A DNA stretch of 13,660 bases from Fibrobacteria bacterium (GTDB lineage: Bacteria > Fibrobacterota > Fibrobacteria > UBA11236): assembly GCA_050486505.1 (NCBI GenBank), contig JBJHDK010000061.1:1-13660 (forward strand). Reading direction: 5' to 3'. A program made the position numbers and the translations under genes. The notes under the pieces were generated by a model. The model did no database searches, was not told where the DNA came from, and saw nothing but the letters and a program-made list of their open reading frames with translations. Numbering within the stretch: position 1 is the first letter of the stretch; every line of letters starts with the position of its first letter. Positions 8,990-13,660 of the stretch are shown here, in pieces.

Positions 8990-10465
8990 CTACAAACCCG
9001 CCCGCACCGCCGCCGCCGCCGCGCGCATGCGCCGCAGCACGGTGTCTTTCCCCAAGGCGACCATCAACTCGAAGAGTCCCGGTCCGAAGGGAATGCCGGA
9101 GAGCGCCAAACGCGTGGGGTGGATCAGTTCCCCCCCCTTCTTGCCGTGGCGCTCCGCGTACTCGCGATAGAGGGTCTCGATCGAAGCTTCGGTGAACTCC
9201 GGAAGCGCGTCGATCTCCGCTGCCAGGGACTCGAGCAACTCCGCGGCGCCGTCGCCGAAGTGCTTGCGGCTCGCTTTCTCGTCGTAGGTGTCGGGGTCCC
9301 GGAAGAAATAAAGCCCCGTGTCCACGAAGTCGGGGAGGCGCTTGGAGCGATCCTTCAACAAGCCGATGCAGTGCAGCAGATAGCTCTCGGAATAGTCGTC
9401 GACGGATACGCCCGCCTTGGCCCACAGCGGCTTCACAAGCGGGAGGAAGTACTCCGCGTCGCGACGCAGGAAATACTGCCCGTTGAGCCACTCGAGTTTC
9501 TTCTCGTCGAAGACTGCGCTCTTCGGGTGAACCCGCTCCAGTGAGAACTTTTCGATCAGGATGTCCTTCTCCATGAATTCCAGATCGTCGCCCGGACTCC
9601 AGCCCAGCAGGGAGAGGAAGTTGACCATGGCCTCGGGCAAGTAGCCGAGGTCGCGATAGTCGCCGACGGAGGCCGCGCCCTTGCGCTTGCTGAGCTTGCC
9701 GCCGCCTTCCGCCAGGATGACCGGCAGATGGCAAAATACCGGCGGCTCCCAGCCGAGCGCGCGATAAATCAGGACGTGGCGCGGCGTGCTGGGAATCCAC
9801 TCGTCTCCGCGCAAGACGTGGGTAATACCCATAAGATGGTCGTCGACCACGTTGGCGAGATGGTAGGTCGGGAATCCGTCGCCCTTGAGCAGCACCATGT
9901 CGTCGAGCACGCGGTTCTGGTACGAGATCGGCCCGCGGATGAAATCGCGAAACGCCGTCTCGCCGTGGAACGGGGCCTTGAGGCGGACGGTATGACGCTC
10001 GCCGGAAGCAACGCGCTCCGCCGCCACCTCGGGAGGCAGATTGCGGCAGCGGCGGTCGTACCCCGCGGGCAGACTATTGCGCTTCTGTTGCTCGCGCAAC
10101 TCCTCAAGGCGCTCCGAGGTGCAGAAACAAGGGTACGCGTGGCCGCCCTCGACCAATTGGCGAGCGTATTTCCGGTAATGGTCGAGCCGCTGCGACTGGA
10201 AATAGGGGCCGTGGGGGCCGCCCTTTTCAGGCCCCTCATCCCAGTCGAGCCCAAGCCATTTGAGATCCGCGATCAGTTCCTTGAGCGCCTCCGCGTCGTA
10301 GCGCGCCTGATCCGTATCCTCGACGCGCAGCAGGAAGTCGCCGCCCACACTTTTAGCCATGCGGCGCGCGAACAACCAGTTGAAAATGGCGGTGCGTGCG
10401 CCGCCGACGTGAAGGTATCCCGTGGGGCTGGGCGCGAAGCGCACGCGGACGCGTTGTTCTGTCAT
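8990..10465 (-). CDS. gltX: Glutamate--tRNA ligase
   Basis: MTEQRVRVRFAPSPTGYLHVGGARTA (HIGH-type), LRVEDTD, YPCFC, PTYHLANVVDDHLMGITHVLRGDEW and KLSKR (KMSKS-type), with a full anticodon-binding domain (RLALSG..GPGLFE). Confidence 0.97.
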   Translation of the reverse strand: MTEQRVRVRFAPSPTGYLHVGGARTAIFNWLFARRMAKSVGGDFLLRVEDTDQARYDAEALKELIADLKWLGLDWDEGPEKGGPHGPYFQSQRLDHYRKYARQLVEGGHAYPCFCTSERLEELREQQKRNSLPAGYDRRCRNLPPEVAAERVASGERHTVRLKAPFHGETAFRDFIRGPISYQNRVLDDMVLLKGDGFPTYHLANVVDDHLMGITHVLRGDEWIPSTPRHVLIYRALGWEPPVFCHLPVILAEGGGKLSKRKGAASVGDYRDLGYLPEAMVNFLSLLGWSPGDDLEFMEKDILIEKFSLERVHPKSAVFDEKKLEWLNGQYFLRRDAEYFLPLVKPLWAKAGVSVDDYSESYLLHCIGLLKDRSKRLPDFVDTGLYFFRDPDTYDEKASRKHFGDGAAELLESLAAEIDALPEFTEASIETLYREYAERHGKKGGELIHPTRLALSGIPFGPGLFELMVALGKDTVLRRMRAAAAAVRAGL

Positions 10466-10521
10466 TGGATGCGGATTCCGGTTCGCGGTGTTAAAGTCGG
10501 GGAGCACCCCCGGGGATTCCG

Positions 10522-10613
10522 CGGAGAGGAAGGGATTTGAACCCTTGGTAGAAGTTTTAGTCTCCTACAACGGTTTAGCAAACCGCCGCCTTCGACCACT
10601 CGGCCACCTCTCC
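10522..10613 (-). tRNA. tRNA-Ser (anticodon GCT)
   Basis: Minus strand: GGAGAGG acceptor stem pairing with CCTCTCC, D arm TGGCCGAGTGGTCGAAGGC, anticodon arm GCGGT-TTGCTAA-ACCGT, long variable arm GTAGGAG-ACTAAAA-CTTCTAC, T loop GGTTCAAATCC and discriminator G. CCA is not encoded. Confidence 0.95.
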
Positions 10614-10815
10614 TGTGGACCCTGGAATCGGCGGGCGACGTACGTGACGACGCCTGCCAGGTCCCGGAATCACCGGCGGGATCCGCCCGTGAGGGTGGCA
10701 ATAATAGTTAACGGGGAGGGTTTGGTGGGGGATTCTGCGGAGGCGAAGCGCTGCAGGGGGCCGGCATCTCGAGGCTGTCCGCGGTGGAACGACTTCCTAA
10801 CTTATCGGCCTTCCC

Positions 10816-13660
10816 ATGCGATTCCGAAAAATCCTCACTGTCCTTTCCGCCATCGTCGTGCTGTGCCTTCTGCTGGGAGCGCTGGCCGCGGGAAAGTTCT
10901 ACCGCGATGCGGTGCGGAGGGTTCCCGACTCCATCTTCACGCGCGAAGGCATCGAGCAGATCCTGAGCCGCGAATCGGTGGTCTATTACGCCGACGGGGA
11001 AACCCGCGTGGGAACCTTCTTCGACGGCGCGCACCGCGATTATATGGTCTTCGATTCCATCCCGCCGGTGCTGGTGAACGCCCTGGTCGCCGCCGAGGAC
11101 CGCAACTTCTGGAAGCACGGCGGCTGGGACTTCAAGGCCTTCGTGCGCGCCATGATCGACAACGTCAAGAGCGGGGGGCGCTGGCGCGGAGGCAGCACCC
11201 TGACGCAGCAGGCGGCCAAGAACATCTTCGGCCGCACCGGTCCCCTCCGCGGCAAGCTCGACGAGCTGGTCAACACCTACCGCCTTGAACGGCACTTCAG
11301 CAAGCGCGAGATCCTCGAGTTTTACCTCAACCAGTTCTTCGTCGTGGGGAACGGCCATGGCGTCACCATTGCCGCGCGCTATTTCTTCGACAAGCACCCA
11401 CGCGACCTCACCCTGTGGGAAGCCGCCTTCATCGCGGGATCCGTGAAGGGACCCAACCAGTACAACCCGTTCATTCAGGGAACCCCCGAGCGACGCGAAG
11501 CGGCCCTGCGTCGGGCACAGGGACGCGTCGGCTACGTCCTCGGACAAATGCGCCGACACGGAATGATCACCGAGTACGAGTACCGCGAGGCCCTGGAGCA
11601 GGAGCCGACGTTCAGCCGTGGCACCTTCCGCTTCTCGCTGTCCACCAACATGGTCAAGGCCCAACGCTTCCTGAACTCGCCCGAAGTACAGGAAATCCTC
11701 GATCGCCACGGGGTGGGCGAATTCTCCGCAGCGGGACTGCAGATCTACACCACGCTCGACCCCGACATCCAGCGTGCCTCCGAATACGCCGTCTACACCA
11801 ACCTTTGGAAGATCGACCTCATCCTGCGCGGCTATCAGCCACCCGCGGACACGACCATGCGCATCCTGTCGCACTTCCAGCCCGGCGAGTTCCACCCGGG
11901 CATCGTCCAGGATGTGGAGAAGGACGAGGAAGGCGCTCCCTTGCGCGTGCGCGTGCGCTTCGGGGCCATCGAGGGGATCATCCCCCGCAGTGCGCTGAAC
12001 GAATTCTTCCGCCACTGGAACCGGCATCACAACGGAACCCATACCCTGCCGACCGCGCGCTCCATGGCCGCCTTCGCGGATGCCTACCTCCAGCCGGGAA
12101 GCCCCGTGTTCTGCGCCGTCCCCTATCGCACCCCGGAGGAACTGGAAAACGGCGCACGGCTCGACACGCTGCTCGAGCTCGCGCAGCGACCCCTTCTCCA
12201 GGGCGCGGCCCAGGTCGTGCACGAGGGACGCGTGCTGGCCAACGTCGGGGGGTTTGCCAACACGGGCTTCGACCGGGTCAACCAGGCCCGGCGCCAGTTC
12301 GGTTCCGCCATCAAACCCCTTGTCTATGCCGCCGCACTCGAACTCGGTTGGGAACCCCTCGATCCCATCCCGAACTTCAGGCAACCTTTCCGCCTGGGCA
12401 GCCTGATCTACTTCCCGCGCCCCAACCACGCTCCCGAGGACACCGTGAGCCTGGCATGGGCCGCGCGCCGTTCCGAAAACATCGCGAGCGTCTACCTGCT
12501 CTACCACCTCTTCGACAAGACGGACTTCGCGGGTTTTTGGGAAGCGGCGCGCCGCCTCGGCATGGCCCCGGAAAACTTTCCGACGCGCGTTGCCTTCGAA
12601 CGCTTCGTGCAGGATTCCCTCGGCTTCGTGCTCGAGGGCGCCCGCCTGCGCGAGCTGCGCTACGAGAACGCCCTCAAGGACCTCGCCATCGACCTGACCT
12701 TCGATGGCCGCGATCGCGAAGCCCACAGTCTTCAAAACCTGCCCTACGGCATCGGCTTCGGACGGGAACGGGATCTCGCCGACCTTGATTCCCTCGATGC
12801 CGAAGACGTCATCCGCCTGCGCCTGCTGACGCGCAGCTACCTCGAGTACATCACCCTCGGTGCCGACTGGCTGCGCGGAAACGTCGCGGGCCCATGGCTG
12901 ACCGCCCGCCATGCCCGCGACGGGCGCATCGGTCTCTTCGTCGTGCCCCCGGCCGATGCCGCCTGGAGGCCCGTCCCCCTCGAAGACGCTCGGGCCCTCC
13001 CCGAAAGCGAGCTTCTGCTGGGCGGCGAAGTCTCGCTGGAGACGCTGCGCCGACTGCAGGAGCGCCTGCGCCACCGGGTGCCCGGCGAGGAACGCTACAC
13101 GCGCGAGAATCTTTACGCATCGCGTGAATTCCGGGTTCACGTCGCGCTTCGCCACATCGTCGCGTTCAGCCGCAGGCTCGACGTGCAGTCCTCCCCGCTA
13201 CAGGGCGTGCTTTCCTTCCCGCTGGGCGTCAGCACCATCACGCTCGCCGAAGCGGTGAACGCCTACCAAACCTTCCAGGAAGGGGTCCGGTACCGCACCC
13301 GGCTCGGGCATTCCCAGCTCTTCATCGAACGCATCACCACCGCCGACGGCACGGTGATCTTCGAAGATTACGCCGAACCCGAGCGCGTCCTGTCGGAACG
13401 CACCAGCCGCGGCCTCGATGCCATCCTGGCGTCGGTGGTTCAAGGCGGCACCGGCCAGCGCATCGGACGCGAGCTCAGGGTACCGCTCGGCCCCGGAGGG
13501 CCGCGGGTTCCCGTGCCCGCCTACGGAAAGACCGGCACAACCAACGACTACCGCAATGCGGCCTTCCTGGGCTACATGGCCACCCCCCGCGGTCAGGGTC
13601 GCGGCTTCGACCCGGCTTCGGGCTTTACCATCGGAGTCTATACCGGCTTCGACGACAATC
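10816..13660 (+). CDS. Class A penicillin-binding protein (PBP1A-like transglycosylase/transpeptidase), truncated by window edge
   Basis: Not in the ORF track because there is no stop in the window. ATG 10816 gives MRFRKILTVLSAIVVLCLLLGALAAG (membrane anchor). GT51 motifs AAEDRNFWKHGG, GGSTLTQQAAKN, KREILEFYLN; transpeptidase motifs SAIK (12304), SEN (12472) and KTGT (13528) are all in the same frame. Confidence 0.93.
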   Translation, partial: MRFRKILTVLSAIVVLCLLLGALAAGKFYRDAVRRVPDSIFTREGIEQILSRESVVYYADGETRVGTFFDGAHRDYMVFDSIPPVLVNALVAAEDRNFWKHGGWDFKAFVRAMIDNVKSGGRWRGGSTLTQQAAKNIFGRTGPLRGKLDELVNTYRLERHFSKREILEFYLNQFFVVGNGHGVTIAARYFFDKHPRDLTLWEAAFIAGSVKGPNQYNPFIQGTPERREAALRRAQGRVGYVLGQMRRHGMITEYEYREALEQEPTFSRGTFRFSLSTNMVKAQRFLNSPEVQEILDRHGVGEFSAAGLQIYTTLDPDIQRASEYAVYTNLWKIDLILRGYQPPADTTMRILSHFQPGEFHPGIVQDVEKDEEGAPLRVRVRFGAIEGIIPRSALNEFFRHWNRHHNGTHTLPTARSMAAFADAYLQPGSPVFCAVPYRTPEELENGARLDTLLELAQRPLLQGAAQVVHEGRVLANVGGFANTGFDRVNQARRQFGSAIKPLVYAAALELGWEPLDPIPNFRQPFRLGSLIYFPRPNHAPEDTVSLAWAARRSENIASVYLLYHLFDKTDFAGFWEAARRLGMAPENFPTRVAFERFVQDSLGFVLEGARLRELRYENALKDLAIDLTFDGRDREAHSLQNLPYGIGFGRERDLADLDSLDAEDVIRLRLLTRSYLEYITLGADWLRGNVAGPWLTARHARDGRIGLFVVPPADAAWRPVPLEDARALPESELLLGGEVSLETLRRLQERLRHRVPGEERYTRENLYASREFRVHVALRHIVAFSRRLDVQSSPLQGVLSFPLGVSTITLAEAVNAYQTFQEGVRYRTRLGHSQLFIERITTADGTVIFEDYAEPERVLSERTSRGLDAILASVVQGGTGQRIGRELRVPLGPGGPRVPVPAYGKTGTTNDYRNAAFLGYMATPRGQGRGFDPASGFTIGVYTGFDDN

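Noticed and set aside
10500..10700. tRNA as an integration site; short GGAATC..GGCGGG repeats at about 10617-10680
   Set aside because: No integrase and no duplicated tRNA 3' end seen; flanks are housekeeping genes; the repeats are too short and degenerate for GC-rich DNA.
10422..11288. 288-aa ORF spanning gltX start, the tRNA and PBP start
   Set aside because: Overlaps three well-supported features; low-complexity Arg-rich product.
10708..13155. 815-aa minus-strand ORF, plus the 457-aa plus-strand ORF 11415-12788
   Set aside because: Antisense and off-frame shadows of the PBP gene, which holds all catalytic motifs in another frame.

Overview
GC-rich bacterial DNA, probably from a Gram-negative species because it encodes an outer-membrane beta-barrel. 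Bases 1-7.7 kb form a nitrogen/urea-utilisation locus. The 5' part of a urea ABC transporter binding-protein gene (urtA, minus strand, near-perfect sigma54 promoter) is divergent from ureD-ureAB(fused gamma-beta)-ureC-ureF-ureG, with no ureE in the operon. This is followed by a 64-aa secreted peptide whose predicted mature form begins His-His, a putative porin gene behind a second sigma54-like promoter, and a PII gene with a terminator. From my recollection of the families, the urease subunits and accessory proteins resemble plant/fungal urease components more than typical enterobacterial ones (gamma-beta linker, His-rich UreG N-terminus, UreF C-terminus); this needs a database check. The rest is housekeeping: a PfkB-family kinase, gltX with tRNA-Ser(GCT) upstream on the minus strand, and a class A penicillin-binding protein with a large insertion that runs off the right edge.
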